IMG/VR virus record: IMGVR_UViG_3300042691_007361
Span: 1-64,000 of that record
DNA: 64,000 nt
Reading direction: 5' to 3' (one strand)
Source of the DNA: a virus
Part shown: one piece after another, positions 26,108 through 37,250 of the stretch
Numbering within the stretch: position 1 is the first letter of the stretch
How the letters are laid out: every line of letters begins with the position of its first letter
Made by a program: the position numbers and the translations under genes
The notes under the pieces: generated by a model
The model's input: only the letters and a program-made list of their open reading frames with translations
What the model was told of the DNA's origin: nothing
Database searches by the model: none

Positions 26108-27516
26108 GTAGGAATGTTAAAGCTAGATGTAATATTGATAACCAAGTCTTTGGATATCTTACAGTAATTGGTTATGCAGGTCAAGGTAAACAGTTTTGTA
26201 AATGTGAATGTGGTTCTGAAGTAAAGATACCTACTGGTTCACTTAAAGGCGGTTTAAGGACTAGTTGCGGGTGTAGAAAATACTTTAGAGAACAATCTAA
26301 AGAATGCATCAAATGTGGTGTAATTCTTTGTGATAAAAATGAATATAAATCTAGAACTTATAGTAGTGGTAAAAAAGCTAAATCAAGTATTTGTAAACAT
26401 TGTAGGGCTAAATCTTCTTTTTGTTATTATAACTATGCAGATCCAGAGATTGAAAAACTAAGTTTAAAAAGAAATAAAGATATAGCAAATCAAATTTCTT
26501 GGTACAAGAATGGAGAAGCGTATAGAGAAAGAGATGTTCTTTATAAGAAAAAACTTACTGCAGATCTTCATGACAAGTATATTACAAAAGTATTGCTTGG
26601 TGATGGTTATTCTAAACAAGAAATTACTCCAAAACTAATAGAATCTAGAAGAGCTCAACTTAAAGCTTATAGAGAAAAAACTGGACATTCTTGTGAAGAA
26701 GACTACATTAAGTATGAGTACAAAGGAGTAATGTATAATCAGAAGAATTATTGTGAAATGCTTGCAAAAGAGTCAGGTCTTAGTTTTGACACTATTAAAT
26801 CAAGAGTTAAGCAAAAATGGTCTTTAGAAGATATCTTATTTACTCCAAAGTACAAACTTCCTGAAAAGACTCGTAAAGAGTATGGTAAGAAAATGGGAGC
26901 TCAGATTAAGGTTTATGATCTACAAGATAATTTACTTTATGAATTTGATACTTATGGTGAAGCTGCAAAGTTTTTAGGTACTACACAAAGTAATGTAGTT
27001 AATACTTGTATGAGATTTGGAGTATTTGGTAATAAGTATAAAATAAGGTCTAAGTCAAGTTCTCTAGAGAAAAAAGAGTTACTAAACAAGCAAGTAAAAG
27101 CTAATAATGATAACTGGTGTAGAATAGAGTATCCCACTCCAGAATTAAATGCCTTAGCTTCTAAAAGAGGACAAGAGATAACCTATAAGATTTATTATGC
27201 AAATAATAAAGAGATTATTTGTGAAAGAATACGTGAGTATCTCAATAGAACATTTGATGCAAGAAAGTTTAAAAATAAAGAGTATTATGCTACTAATAAA
27301 GAATACATAAGAGCTAAGCATAGTGAATGGTTAAAGAATAATAAGCAATGGGCGATATCTTATAGAAAGCAAGCATCTAAAAATTTAACTGATGACTATG
27401 TTAAACGTACTTTAATGACAACTATTGGTTTGAAAACTATTGATATTACTCCTGAAATGATTGAAATAAAAAGAAAACAAATTTCTCTTTATAGAGAACT
27501 AAAAGAACTAAAATGA
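26104..27516 (+). CDS. Mosaic DNA-binding protein of homing-endonuclease type (Cys-cluster, NUMOD1-like HTH)
   Basis: FGYLTVI...CKCECG...SCGC; VYDLQDNLLYEFDTYGEAAKFLG; no clear HNH or GIY-YIG catalytic motif. Confidence 0.55.
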   Translation: MSRNVKARCNIDNQVFGYLTVIGYAGQGKQFCKCECGSEVKIPTGSLKGGLRTSCGCRKYFREQSKECIKCGVILCDKNEYKSRTYSSGKKAKSSICKHCRAKSSFCYYNYADPEIEKLSLKRNKDIANQISWYKNGEAYRERDVLYKKKLTADLHDKYITKVLLGDGYSKQEITPKLIESRRAQLKAYREKTGHSCEEDYIKYEYKGVMYNQKNYCEMLAKESGLSFDTIKSRVKQKWSLEDILFTPKYKLPEKTRKEYGKKMGAQIKVYDLQDNLLYEFDTYGEAAKFLGTTQSNVVNTCMRFGVFGNKYKIRSKSSSLEKKELLNKQVKANNDNWCRIEYPTPELNALASKRGQEITYKIYYANNKEIICERIREYLNRTFDARKFKNKEYYATNKEYIRAKHSEWLKNNKQWAISYRKQASKNLTDDYVKRTLMTTIGLKTIDITPEMIEIKRKQISLYRELKELK

Positions 27517-28296
27517 GTAAAGCAAATACAAAACAGATTAAAGAGGTTGCTGACAAGTCTGAGACTGTTGGTAACACTTGTTATGATGAGTTTCAAAAGA
27601 CAAAGAAACTTGAGACTGCAAAAGTAGCTATTGCTGCATTTAGAAATACTCTTTATGCAAATAGCTTGTTAATCAAAAATGAGAAGATATGACAAGACAA
27701 GAATTAATTGAGTGGGTAGATAGTCTACCTACTCAAACTTTAACTGATGAGTTAAAAGACGATATCATTGATAACATCATAGAGACTATGGATGATGAGT
27801 ATGAAGACTATTATGTTATAATTAGAGAACAGACACTTGTAGATGTTCAAACTGCAATAGAGAATCTATGAAAGTAATATTTACTGTAGAGGCAGAGACT
27901 GAGTATGACCTTCGAGTTTATACTCAGGCTTCAGCCATGGCACATTCCATATGGGAGTTTGATCAGTATCTTAGAAATGAGATAAAGTATACAGATAATC
28001 TTACAGATGAACAGTCTGAAGCTTATGAGCATATTAGAGAAAAACTCAGGGAAATACTTAATGAAAATGATGTAAAAATAGAGCTATGAAAACAGCAATA
28101 GAAGTTTTAGTTCAAGATCTTGAAAAACTAGGAGTTCATCTTTTTGATGAAATACATGAAGCTATTGAACAAGCTAAAACTTTGGAAAAGCAGCAGATGT
28201 TAGATTTTGGTGACTTTATTATTGATGAATTAGAACCTATGGCTCAGAATAGAGAATGGGTTGAGGAAAAGTATAATTATTTTATATCAGAAGAAG

Positions 28297-29397
28297 ATGA
28301 CTAGAGATGAAATTCAACTCGCAGCATTAAAAGCCACAGAAGGTAGATCTAGATGTGGATTAGGCTTAGCCACCGGTGTGGGTAAAACTCTGGTTGGCTT
28401 GTTGCATATGGAAAAGAATGTAACTCCTTTGATGAATGTGCTTGTAGTTGGTCCTACTAGAACTATTCTTAGTGAATGGTCAGTGCAAGCTCATAAGTTC
28501 AAGAAAGACAGACTGTTAAGTCAGGTCACCTTTAGTACTTATTTAAGTCTAAATAAGCTAGATCCTTATGAGTATGATCTTATCTATCTTGATGAGTGTC
28601 ACAGTATGACTGATAGTCACCGGGAGTTCTTGGATAACTATCACGGAAAGATTCTTGGCTTGACTGGTACTCCACCTAAAAGAGATGATTCAGAGAAAGG
28701 TAGAATGGTAAATGATTACTGTCCTATTATCTATGAGTATCTGGTGGATAATGCCGTAGATGACAATATCTTAAATGATTACAAGATCATAGTGCATGAG
28801 TTACACTTGGATAACAAAAACAAATCTATGGCAGTAACAAGTGCTAAGGGTACTTTCTATACTACTGAACAAGCCAATTATAACTATTGGTGTAATAGAA
28901 TAGAAATGGCAAGTCCAGGTAAGCAATCACAAATTGCACGGGTAATGCGTATGAAAGCAATGCAAACATATCCTAGTAAGGAGAGGTATGCAAAGCTTTT
29001 GTTAGAAAGCATTAAATCAAAGTGTATAGTATTTGCTAATACTCAAGAACAGGCTGACAGGATATGTAAGGATAGCTATCATAGCACTAATCCAGAATCC
29101 AAAGAGAACTTAATTAAGTTCAAGCATGGTGAGATTACTAAACTATCTTGTGTACTTCAATTAAGTGAGGGTGTAAATATTCCTGAGTTACGCCAAGGCA
29201 TCATTATGCATGCTTATGGTAATGAGAGAAAGTCTGCTCAGCGTATTGGTAGATTGCTAAGACTAAACCCTGATGAAACTGCAACAATTCATATCTTGTG
29301 CTATGTGGGAACCATAGATGAAACATGGGTCAAAGATGCACTAGAAGGTTATGATGCAAACAAGGTAACATGGAAGAATTTCAATATTGCCTTGTAG
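28297..29397 (+). CDS. Superfamily 2 helicase
   Basis: ATGVGKT, DECH, GLTGT, SEGVN, QRIGRLLR. Confidence 0.9.
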   Translation: MTRDEIQLAALKATEGRSRCGLGLATGVGKTLVGLLHMEKNVTPLMNVLVVGPTRTILSEWSVQAHKFKKDRLLSQVTFSTYLSLNKLDPYEYDLIYLDECHSMTDSHREFLDNYHGKILGLTGTPPKRDDSEKGRMVNDYCPIIYEYLVDNAVDDNILNDYKIIVHELHLDNKNKSMAVTSAKGTFYTTEQANYNYWCNRIEMASPGKQSQIARVMRMKAMQTYPSKERYAKLLLESIKSKCIVFANTQEQADRICKDSYHSTNPESKENLIKFKHGEITKLSCVLQLSEGVNIPELRQGIIMHAYGNERKSAQRIGRLLRLNPDETATIHILCYVGTIDETWVKDALEGYDANKVTWKNFNIAL

Positions 29398-29431
29398 ATG
29401 ATGATTATTTTTGTAAATTGAGCACGAATTT

Positions 29432-29686
29432 ATGGTTTTGGAAAAGACACACAGACTAATATTAAAAAATGATGATGAGAATAGCTATCTATTTGTGATA
29501 GCTGCTCTTATGAGATATTGTAGTCACGGTAAAGAACAAGCAGAACAGTGTGCAGTTATTGCACACAATAATGGTAAATGTGATATTACTTCCGGTAACT
29601 TCTTAGATATGATGGAGTTGCAGTCAGAAATGACAGAAATAGGATTAGTAGTAGAATTAGAGGAGTATGAAAGTAGTTTGCATTAA
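29432..29686 (+). CDS. clpS: ClpS N-degron adaptor homologue
   Basis: LILKNDDEN..FVI.AL...C....EQAEQCA.IAH.NGKC. Confidence 0.8.
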   Translation: MVLEKTHRLILKNDDENSYLFVIAALMRYCSHGKEQAEQCAVIAHNNGKCDITSGNFLDMMELQSEMTEIGLVVELEEYESSLH

Positions 29687-30132
29687 TAGTAGTAACCGCC
29701 CAAAGCAGATTCCACCAGAAAAGTGGATTGAAGAGGGAAAGACATATACTGTTATTTCTACTACAGTAATGAACATCCAAAGAAACAAGATAGGATTAAA
29801 GCTAGCAGAAATTGATTTAGGTCAAAGCTGTTTCCCTTATGAATATTTTGATGCGGATAGATTTGCTATGGCTACAGAGACTCCTGTCTTAAAAGAAGCA
29901 GAATTAGAAACTGCTTAGTTATAATTAATAATTATAGTATGAAAGAATCACTAAAATCAATTTTAGTAATAGGAATCTATTTGGCAGTAATTGTGGGTTA
30001 TTTTCTAAATATATACAAACTTACACAATGTGATTTTGAACCAAAGTATAGAGCTGAAACCATTAGACTATGTGGAGTTATATTTCCACCAGTTGGAGTA
30101 ATAATAGGATATGTTGACTTAGGTAAATAGTT

Positions 30133-30588
30133 ATGGAATATAAACTAGAAGATGTTATTGAATACTGGAAAAGTATAAAGCCAGAAAAAAGAACAAGAAA
30201 AAGAGTTGCAGTTGACCCAAGAAATTACTTAATGGCTCTTATGTTTTATAAGTTTAATGTTTCAGAAATGGAATTAGAAAGCATTATTGGTATTGACAGG
30301 TCAAGTGTAAATCATTCTAAAAAACATCCATACAGCTTAATTAAAATTAAGGAAGCAGCATTTATGCGTAACACTGTAGATGTAAGAAAACGTTTTCCAT
30401 ATGAGTTTCCTTCTACTGAAAAGATGGAAATAAAAGAGGAAAGGTTTAATAGACCATACTCATATAGAATAAGCTTTGATAGAAAATTATATCACAAAAT
30501 AAAAGCATATTCTAGAGTAAAAGAATGTGATCCAAGAACTGCATTACGTGATTTAATACAAAAAGCACTGGCCTTATGGGAAGAATGA
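30133..30588 (+). CDS. DnaA C-terminal-like HTH protein
   Basis: PRNYLMAL...S..EL..IIG.DRSSVNHS. Confidence 0.5.
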   Translation: MEYKLEDVIEYWKSIKPEKRTRKRVAVDPRNYLMALMFYKFNVSEMELESIIGIDRSSVNHSKKHPYSLIKIKEAAFMRNTVDVRKRFPYEFPSTEKMEIKEERFNRPYSYRISFDRKLYHKIKAYSRVKECDPRTALRDLIQKALALWEE

Positions 30589-30836
30589 AAGAACTGTACA
30601 TGGAGATTAGGGAAGAATATGGAGATGAATTACCTGAAGACTTTAGTCTTGCACAACACCAACTTAAAAAAGAGTTAGAGTATGAAGAATTACGAGAAAT
30701 TGAGGAGAGGCTTAAACAGAGTCAAGCGTCAGTCAATAGAGATGAGAAAAATTCATCTGGAAGCTCTGAGACTAAAAAGATATGATATATCTAATCTATG
30801 GGTAGATTATGTCAAACCTGTAAATAATGAAGAAGG

Positions 30837-31370
30837 ATGTTAAAAGCTATTTTTGATACAAAAACTATCTTGCTGTACATAACTGCTATTGTAGGCTTGT
30901 TCTTTATTGTAACTCTATTATCATTTATGGAGAGTCCAAAAGTGGTATATGTGCCACAGAAAGAGAAAGTCTACATAGTAGAGTACAGAGATAAACCTGA
31001 TAAGTTTACTAAGGAAAAACTGATTCAATATCTCAAAGATTTGAATATTAAATACCCTGAAGTTGTTTATGCACAAGCAGTTATGGAGTCTGGTAACTTT
31101 ACATCAAAAAAGTTTAGAGATGATAATAACCTGTTTGGTATGAGGAAAGCAAAGAGTAGATGTACTGTTGCATTAGAGGGTGGTACATATGCAAAGTTTA
31201 AAACATGGAGAGAATCTGTAATTGACTATGCATTATACCAAACTACTTTTGTAAAGAAGATTAAATCACAGAGTGAATACATTAATCACCTTGCAGAAAA
31301 CTATGCAACAGGTAAAGCTTACAAGGGTCATTTAATAAAAATGATTGAACAAGTAGAAAAAGAGTTTTAA
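30837..31370 (+). CDS. Membrane-anchored GH73 glucosaminidase-like peptidoglycan hydrolase
   Basis: N-terminal TM; AQAVMESG, NNLFGM, YAT motifs. Confidence 0.8.
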   Translation: MLKAIFDTKTILLYITAIVGLFFIVTLLSFMESPKVVYVPQKEKVYIVEYRDKPDKFTKEKLIQYLKDLNIKYPEVVYAQAVMESGNFTSKKFRDDNNLFGMRKAKSRCTVALEGGTYAKFKTWRESVIDYALYQTTFVKKIKSQSEYINHLAENYATGKAYKGHLIKMIEQVEKEF

Positions 31371-32768
31371 TTATGAAGCACTTTCTCAAATATCTAATAG
31401 TATGGATTAGTCAGAACCTATCTATTCCTTTTTGGATGGTAGGTCACATACACTTGATGACTAATATATATGAGGATATTATAGAGATTGTTGCTTCTTG
31501 TGGTATGAACTTGATTGTTGCTGCTGGATTTATTATTGATTATTTAGAACAAAGAAAAATGAAATAATATGGAATTTTTAATTGGATTTGTTACTGGTGC
31601 TGTTATTACTGGTGCTATAGCAATGAGACTCAAGGTAGAGTTTATGAAAGGTATTGAAAAGTTGAAAGACTTTGATACTTGGAAAGAATGGAGAAATGAA
31701 TAAAACAAAGTAATGAGAGGTATATTAACTAAAACTTATGAAAAGTGGGTCATGATCTATAATGAGAAAGAACCTACTGGAGAAATTATTGGAAAATCTG
31801 TACCAGTTCATCCAGATGATTGTTGGATAAATGACTGCGATGGTAATGAAGGTACAGAATATGAGTTTGAGATTGATAAGACTATTAAATTAGACTCACT
31901 TGGTATGAGGTATACTGAATTAACAGCAAAGCTATTACATAGAGTAATTGAAGAAGAGGAAAGAGATCTATGGATTGATATTTACCACAAAGTAAAAAGA
32001 ACTGGTAATGAAACAGTCTATGATGTATTTCTTTGGCTGAAAGAAAATTATCAACCACCAATTATAAGGAAAAAAGTATGAAGACTATAAGTTCAAGGAT
32101 CTTTGATACTAAAACTCGTAATCTTTATAGAAACCTGTGTAAGAAAATTGCTACAGAGCATTTTAATATTACACTGGTGTCAGACAGAAACTTTAATTAT
32201 CTTTGGTTCATGTATACTAAAGGTGTACATGCTGGAGAGCCTGCGGATTTTATGATTATGTCAGAAATCAATCTTCTTAAGAATCTAGATATCATCACTG
32301 ATGAACAAATAGAGAACATTACTAAGATGCTGTTATCTGATGACAATGATAATATCTACATTGCTCTAATGAGTATAAAGGCGCTAAGACTAATGAGAAT
32401 TAAGAAACACGGAGACTATAACAATTCAGATAAAGTATCTCCGGAGTTTGTTGAAGCAGCTATGACTTACTCACAGTTTATTACACCTACAACAACCAAA
32501 TTAGTTGAAAAATGATAAGAGAACAAGAGTTAATTGAAGAAGGATTTGAAAGAGTTGATGTATTAACATCAGAAAGTGGTAATGAAAATGACTACCACCA
32601 CTATCAGTTAGTATTGAATCCAGAGTTTACACTTATAAGTGAGGCCAGTGATGAAATCAATAACAATCAGTGGAATGTGTACTGCTATGAAATTGATGTA
32701 ACAATTAAAGACATAGAAGATATACAAACTCTAATTGCCCTTCATCAAAAGTGGAAAAAGAATAGCTA

Positions 32769-33119
32769 ATGTTTACAGGTAAACTTGTGAAGAAGGATGG
32801 CAAACTTGTCTACCCTAATTCAAAAGACAAAACTCTCTATGAGATCTTTATTAAGAATCTCAAGGAAGGAGAGGAACTTGATATTTTTATTAGTATATCC
32901 GGTGTTAAAGCTTCAACAGCACAAATTTCTAAAGTACATACATGTATTAGAGTAATTGCTATGGATCTTGGTTACACCTTTGAGGAGATGAAACTCCTTG
33001 TAAAAGAACAAGCAGGATTAAAAGACAGATCATTTGCTGATTGCAACAAAGATGAGATAACACTAGCTATTGAAGCTTGTAATTGTATTGCGGAAGATAA
33101 TGGTATTAACCTTGGGTAG
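32769..33119 (+). CDS. NinB-like protein
   Basis: STAQ..KVH..IR.IA.DLGYTFEEMK...SFADC. Confidence 0.45.
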   Translation: MFTGKLVKKDGKLVYPNSKDKTLYEIFIKNLKEGEELDIFISISGVKASTAQISKVHTCIRVIAMDLGYTFEEMKLLVKEQAGLKDRSFADCNKDEITLAIEACNCIAEDNGINLG

Positions 33120-33420
33120 GCTGAACATAGCCTTCATCACCAGGTTCTAATATCTCTTTCTCGTCATACAAGTTACTTGCTGTAGCTTGTTTTTCAACTT
33201 CAGCAAGAAATAAGGTAATAGTATGGAATGCTCTTTCCCAGTCATCCATTTCTTCAAACTTACCTTCCATTATCTTTTTAAGTGAAGCTTCTTTAGATTC
33301 ATTATTTTCCTTTTGATTAAAAAGGTAAAATAAAACAGACTTCACCATTAGATAGTAATTCTTGTTTACTTTGATTTCAACAAGTGCATCATCTTTGAGT
33401 TCTTTAACTTTTACTGCCAT
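33106..33420 (-). CDS. Hypothetical protein, lone minus-strand gene
   Basis: Fills the gap between plus-strand genes; own TATATTTG box at 33425-33432. Confidence 0.65.
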   Translation of the reverse strand: MAVKVKELKDDALVEIKVNKNYYLMVKSVLFYLFNQKENNESKEASLKKIMEGKFEEMDDWERAFHTITLFLAEVEKQATASNLYDEKEILEPGDEGYVQPTQG

Positions 33421-33438
33421 AACACAAATATAAAAATT

Positions 33439-34152
33439 ATGAGTGATAAACTTGATATTGAAGAGATAAAAGAAAAAGTATATGCTAAACTTGAACCTTC
33501 AGGCTGGGCAAGAGTGCTTAGAGGATTTATCTATAGTAAAGACTTTGAGACAATAATTCTTACTCTGGCAAAACAAGCTAGAGATGGTAAGAGGTTTACT
33601 CCTACTATGAAGAATTGGTTCAGAGCTTTTGAGGAATGTTCCTATAGTGAGCTTAAAGTAATTATTGTTGGTCAGGATCCATACCCGGGACTTAATCAAG
33701 CTGATGGAATTGCATTTAGTCTAAGTACTGCAGAAGAGATGCAACCTAGTCTTAAGTATATGCTAGAAGAAATAAACAGAACTGTTTATAATGGTGTCAA
33801 TGCTTCTAGAGATATGGACTTAAAACGCTGGTCTAATCAAGGTGTGTTAATGTTAAACTCAGCTTTGACAACATCAGTTGGTAAGATAGGTCAGCATTAT
33901 TTAGTATGGAGACCTTTTCTTGCTTATCTGTTTGACTGGTTAACCTGGAATAACAACGGTCTCGTGTATATCTATATGGGTAAAAAAGCAGAAGAATGGT
34001 CAGATAGTGTTAATGATAATAACTACAAGTTTTTTGTTACACATCCAGCTAGTGCTTCCTATAATCATTTAGATCAATGGGACTCCAAAAAAGTTTTTGA
34101 ACAAACAAAGGAGATTTTGCAGAAGAATTATAACTTTGATATTGAATGGTAA
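33439..34152 (+). CDS. ung: Uracil-DNA glycosylase (family 1)
   Basis: GQDPY, GIAFS, QGVLMLN, HPAS. Confidence 0.92.
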   Translation: MSDKLDIEEIKEKVYAKLEPSGWARVLRGFIYSKDFETIILTLAKQARDGKRFTPTMKNWFRAFEECSYSELKVIIVGQDPYPGLNQADGIAFSLSTAEEMQPSLKYMLEEINRTVYNGVNASRDMDLKRWSNQGVLMLNSALTTSVGKIGQHYLVWRPFLAYLFDWLTWNNNGLVYIYMGKKAEEWSDSVNDNNYKFFVTHPASASYNHLDQWDSKKVFEQTKEILQKNYNFDIEW

Positions 34153-34153
34153 T

Positions 34154-34747
34154 ATGGAGGAGATATTTTTTAAAACAATAAGTCTCGGACTCACACCAAA
34201 TTCCTTGTATATTCTTTATTGTATTGGTAAAAACAATGTACCAAGCTCAACAGTAAACTCTAGCATAGAGATGGCTAGATTGACTACAGGAGAATGGTTG
34301 ATAGATGGTAAACCTTCTGGTAAGGCAATACTATTGATTCAAGAGTTAGACAAGTATTTTAAGACTAGTAAAAAGAAGACATCAGCTAATATAATGGGTG
34401 ATGATTTCTTTACTAGAATTGAGGAATATTTGGAAATTTTTCCTAAATTTAAACTTCCAAGCAACAAGTATGCTAGGTCTGATAAGAAGAATTTAGAGAA
34501 CAACTTTAGATGGTTCTTTGAGACTCACAGCTATGATTGGGATACTATAATCAATGCTACAAAAATGTACGTTGATGAGTATGAAAGACAAGGATACAAG
34601 TATATGAGAACTTCTCAGTATTTTATCCGGAAGCTTAATCCAGCAGAAAAGACATTTGAGTCTGAGCTAGCAAACTATTGTGAAGTTTATTTGAATGGTA
34701 GTGATGATTATGGGCATGATTCTCATTTTAAAGAAAAAGTAGTATGA
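34154..34747 (+). CDS. Conserved replication-module protein
   Basis: Upstream of the DnaB-like helicase; EYLEIFP...YMRTSQYFI. Confidence 0.55.
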   Translation: MEEIFFKTISLGLTPNSLYILYCIGKNNVPSSTVNSSIEMARLTTGEWLIDGKPSGKAILLIQELDKYFKTSKKKTSANIMGDDFFTRIEEYLEIFPKFKLPSNKYARSDKKNLENNFRWFFETHSYDWDTIINATKMYVDEYERQGYKYMRTSQYFIRKLNPAEKTFESELANYCEVYLNGSDDYGHDSHFKEKVV

Positions 34748-34926
34748 TTGATAAACTTAAGCTTCTGTGCCTAGCTATAATGGGCACAATGATAGGATAT
34801 GGTTTTTCCAAAATCCTAATTCCTGAGATTTCTTTCTTTAAGTACTTTGCTATTGAAGCAGTGATAACTCTACTGCATGCATTGTATGAAAGAACAAAGG
34901 CCAAGACAAGAAATATTTAGTGGTTT

Positions 34927-35937
34927 ATGGATAATCAAAAGAAGGCTGCTCCTAAGAAAAAATGGAATAGTCAAAGAGAGGGTTTTCAAGATTCTCTAAA
35001 ATATCTACAGGGCAGAATGCATGGGCATATAAAGAGTCTTAGAACTCCATGGCCTAAGTTTAATGATGCTACTACAGATGGAATAGAGTGGAATACACTC
35101 ACTGTTATAGGCGGAAGACCGGCTAGTGGTAAGACACTGATTGCAGAACAGATTGTTAGGGAATCATTTCCTCTCAATCCAGGTGAGAACTTTAGAGTTC
35201 TGCAGTTTCAGTTTGAGATGCTAGCAAGAACCTCTGCAATACGTGAGTATTCCAGTGTTATTGGAAGGTCTTACAAGTACTTGTGTAGTGCTGATGGAAA
35301 ACTAAGTGATGCTGATTTACAAAGATGTTATGATTACGCAAAAGAAAAGATAAAATATCCAATTGATGTAGTAGAAACTCCGTGTACCATAGAGGAATTT
35401 AAGGAGATTGTTAGGGATTACATGCTTTCTAATGCAAGTTATGATTCAGAAGGGAATATGATTATGCCAAAAGTGCTGATTACTATAGATCACTCTTTGT
35501 TGTTTAAGAAAGCTAGCTATGAGAAAGACAAGCATGATATGCTTAATAATCTTGGTGAAGCTTTAACTCTACTCAAAAGACAATATTCATTGTCATTTAT
35601 TGTGCTGAGTCAGCTCAATAGAAACATTGATAATCCAGAGAGAAGTGAAGAGGGTAAGTATGGTAATTATGTACTTGAGTCTGATTTATTCGGGGCTGAT
35701 GCTCTGTTACAGCATGCTGATACTGTTATAGGTATCAATAGACCTGCTAAACAGAAGATTAGGTTTTATGGCCCTGATAGGTATGTGATTGAAGATGATA
35801 GAGTTATTGTCTTGCACTTTCTGAAATGTAGGAATGGTGATACAAGACTTAGCTTTTTCAGAGCTGAATTTGAAAAGATGAAAATTGTAGAAATGATTAC
35901 ACCTCCTCAACAGGAGAAAAGATTATCAACTAAATGA
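34927..35937 (+). CDS. dnaB: DnaB-like replicative helicase
   Basis: GGRPASGKT, FEM, IDH, LSQLNR, KCRNG. Confidence 0.9.
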   Translation: MDNQKKAAPKKKWNSQREGFQDSLKYLQGRMHGHIKSLRTPWPKFNDATTDGIEWNTLTVIGGRPASGKTLIAEQIVRESFPLNPGENFRVLQFQFEMLARTSAIREYSSVIGRSYKYLCSADGKLSDADLQRCYDYAKEKIKYPIDVVETPCTIEEFKEIVRDYMLSNASYDSEGNMIMPKVLITIDHSLLFKKASYEKDKHDMLNNLGEALTLLKRQYSLSFIVLSQLNRNIDNPERSEEGKYGNYVLESDLFGADALLQHADTVIGINRPAKQKIRFYGPDRYVIEDDRVIVLHFLKCRNGDTRLSFFRAEFEKMKIVEMITPPQQEKRLSTK

Positions 35938-35945
35938 TGTAAATT

Positions 35946-36482
35946 ATGAGTTTATCAACTAAAGCAACAAATGTAAACAGACAGGAGAAGACTGAGGAGT
36001 TGCTCAAACATCATGATTGGAAGTTTAAGTTAATGCAAGATGAGAACCCTTTATTTATTCCTAAGTGTGCTTATATACCTAAAGGTATGAATGAGACACA
36101 TATTGGCTTCTTTCAAAGTGAAGTCAAAAAAGGTAGGGATATCTATACTGAGTTCACTAGCATTGACCTAGAACCTGAAGATCCTGAGAGAGCACTCTAC
36201 AAGTGGAGATTTAATCCTCATTATGATGAGGAGTATGAACGTACTGAACCAGGTACAAATGGTCATTTTAGATATTTAATACCAGTATCTGAGTTAGTAA
36301 AGATTGAGTTTGAGAAGGAAGAACCTACTCAAGCTACATTGTTCCCAGACTTTGATGAGATTATGGATCCTGATCAAGATGCACCGTTTAATCAAATTAC
36401 TCTACGTGATTTGGCAGCTATCATGCTAAGTAAACCGGTGAGTCACAAACAATGGTTAAATGAAATTATTAAATCAAAGTAA
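35946..36482 (+). CDS. Hypothetical replication-module protein
   Basis: Lies between the helicase and the AAA ATPase. Confidence 0.6.
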   Translation: MSLSTKATNVNRQEKTEELLKHHDWKFKLMQDENPLFIPKCAYIPKGMNETHIGFFQSEVKKGRDIYTEFTSIDLEPEDPERALYKWRFNPHYDEEYERTEPGTNGHFRYLIPVSELVKIEFEKEEPTQATLFPDFDEIMDPDQDAPFNQITLRDLAAIMLSKPVSHKQWLNEIIKSK

Positions 36483-36484
36483 TC

Positions 36485-37234
36485 ATGGGAATAGTATTGC
36501 CAACTACAAAGGTGGCTCCAGAATGTAAGAGCCCCAAAAATCTGATTATCTTCTCAAAGCCAAAGATTGGTAAGACAAGTCTATTAAGTACTCTTGATAA
36601 CTGTCTTATTCTTGACTTAGAAGGAGGTACTAAGTATCTTAATGCAATGAAGGTTGAAGCTAAGAGCTTTGAGGATCTCAAAGAAATTGGTAAAGCAATC
36701 AAAGATGCGGGTAATCCGTACAAGTATATTGCTGTAGATACTATAACTGCATTAGAGGAGATGATAATTCCTTATGCAGAAATGCTTTATTCAAAAGCTC
36801 CAATGGGTAAAAACTGGTTTAATCCAGGCGGTGGTAAAGAGAAATATGGTAACATTCTTGGCTTGCCAGAGGGTGCAGGATATTTCTGGACACGTCAGGC
36901 TTTTACCAAAGTCATTGATTATATTCTAACATGGGCTCCATACGTAATCTTTGTAGGTCACGTAAAGGATACTCAGTTAGAGAAAGCTGGAGGTACATTT
37001 AATGCCATGGATTTAGATTTAACAGGTAAACTGAAGAGGATTACAACATCCAATTCAGATGCTATTGGTTATCTCTATAGAAAAGGTAATAAAAACATCT
37101 TGAGCTTCAGAACCAATGATGATATATCATGTGGAGCAAGACCAGAGCATCTTAGAAATGAAGAAATAGTAGTTTCTGAGGTTGATGAGAACGGTGAGTA
37201 TAAGACTTACTGGGATAAAATATTTATTGATTAA
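36485..37234 (+). CDS. AAA_24/Sak4-like ATPase
   Basis: SKPKIGKT, LDLEGG, AVDTIT, FVGH. Confidence 0.8.
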   Translation: MGIVLPTTKVAPECKSPKNLIIFSKPKIGKTSLLSTLDNCLILDLEGGTKYLNAMKVEAKSFEDLKEIGKAIKDAGNPYKYIAVDTITALEEMIIPYAEMLYSKAPMGKNWFNPGGGKEKYGNILGLPEGAGYFWTRQAFTKVIDYILTWAPYVIFVGHVKDTQLEKAGGTFNAMDLDLTGKLKRITTSNSDAIGYLYRKGNKNILSFRTNDDISCGARPEHLRNEEIVVSEVDENGEYKTYWDKIFID

Positions 37235-37250
37235 TTAAAAACAAAGTAAA

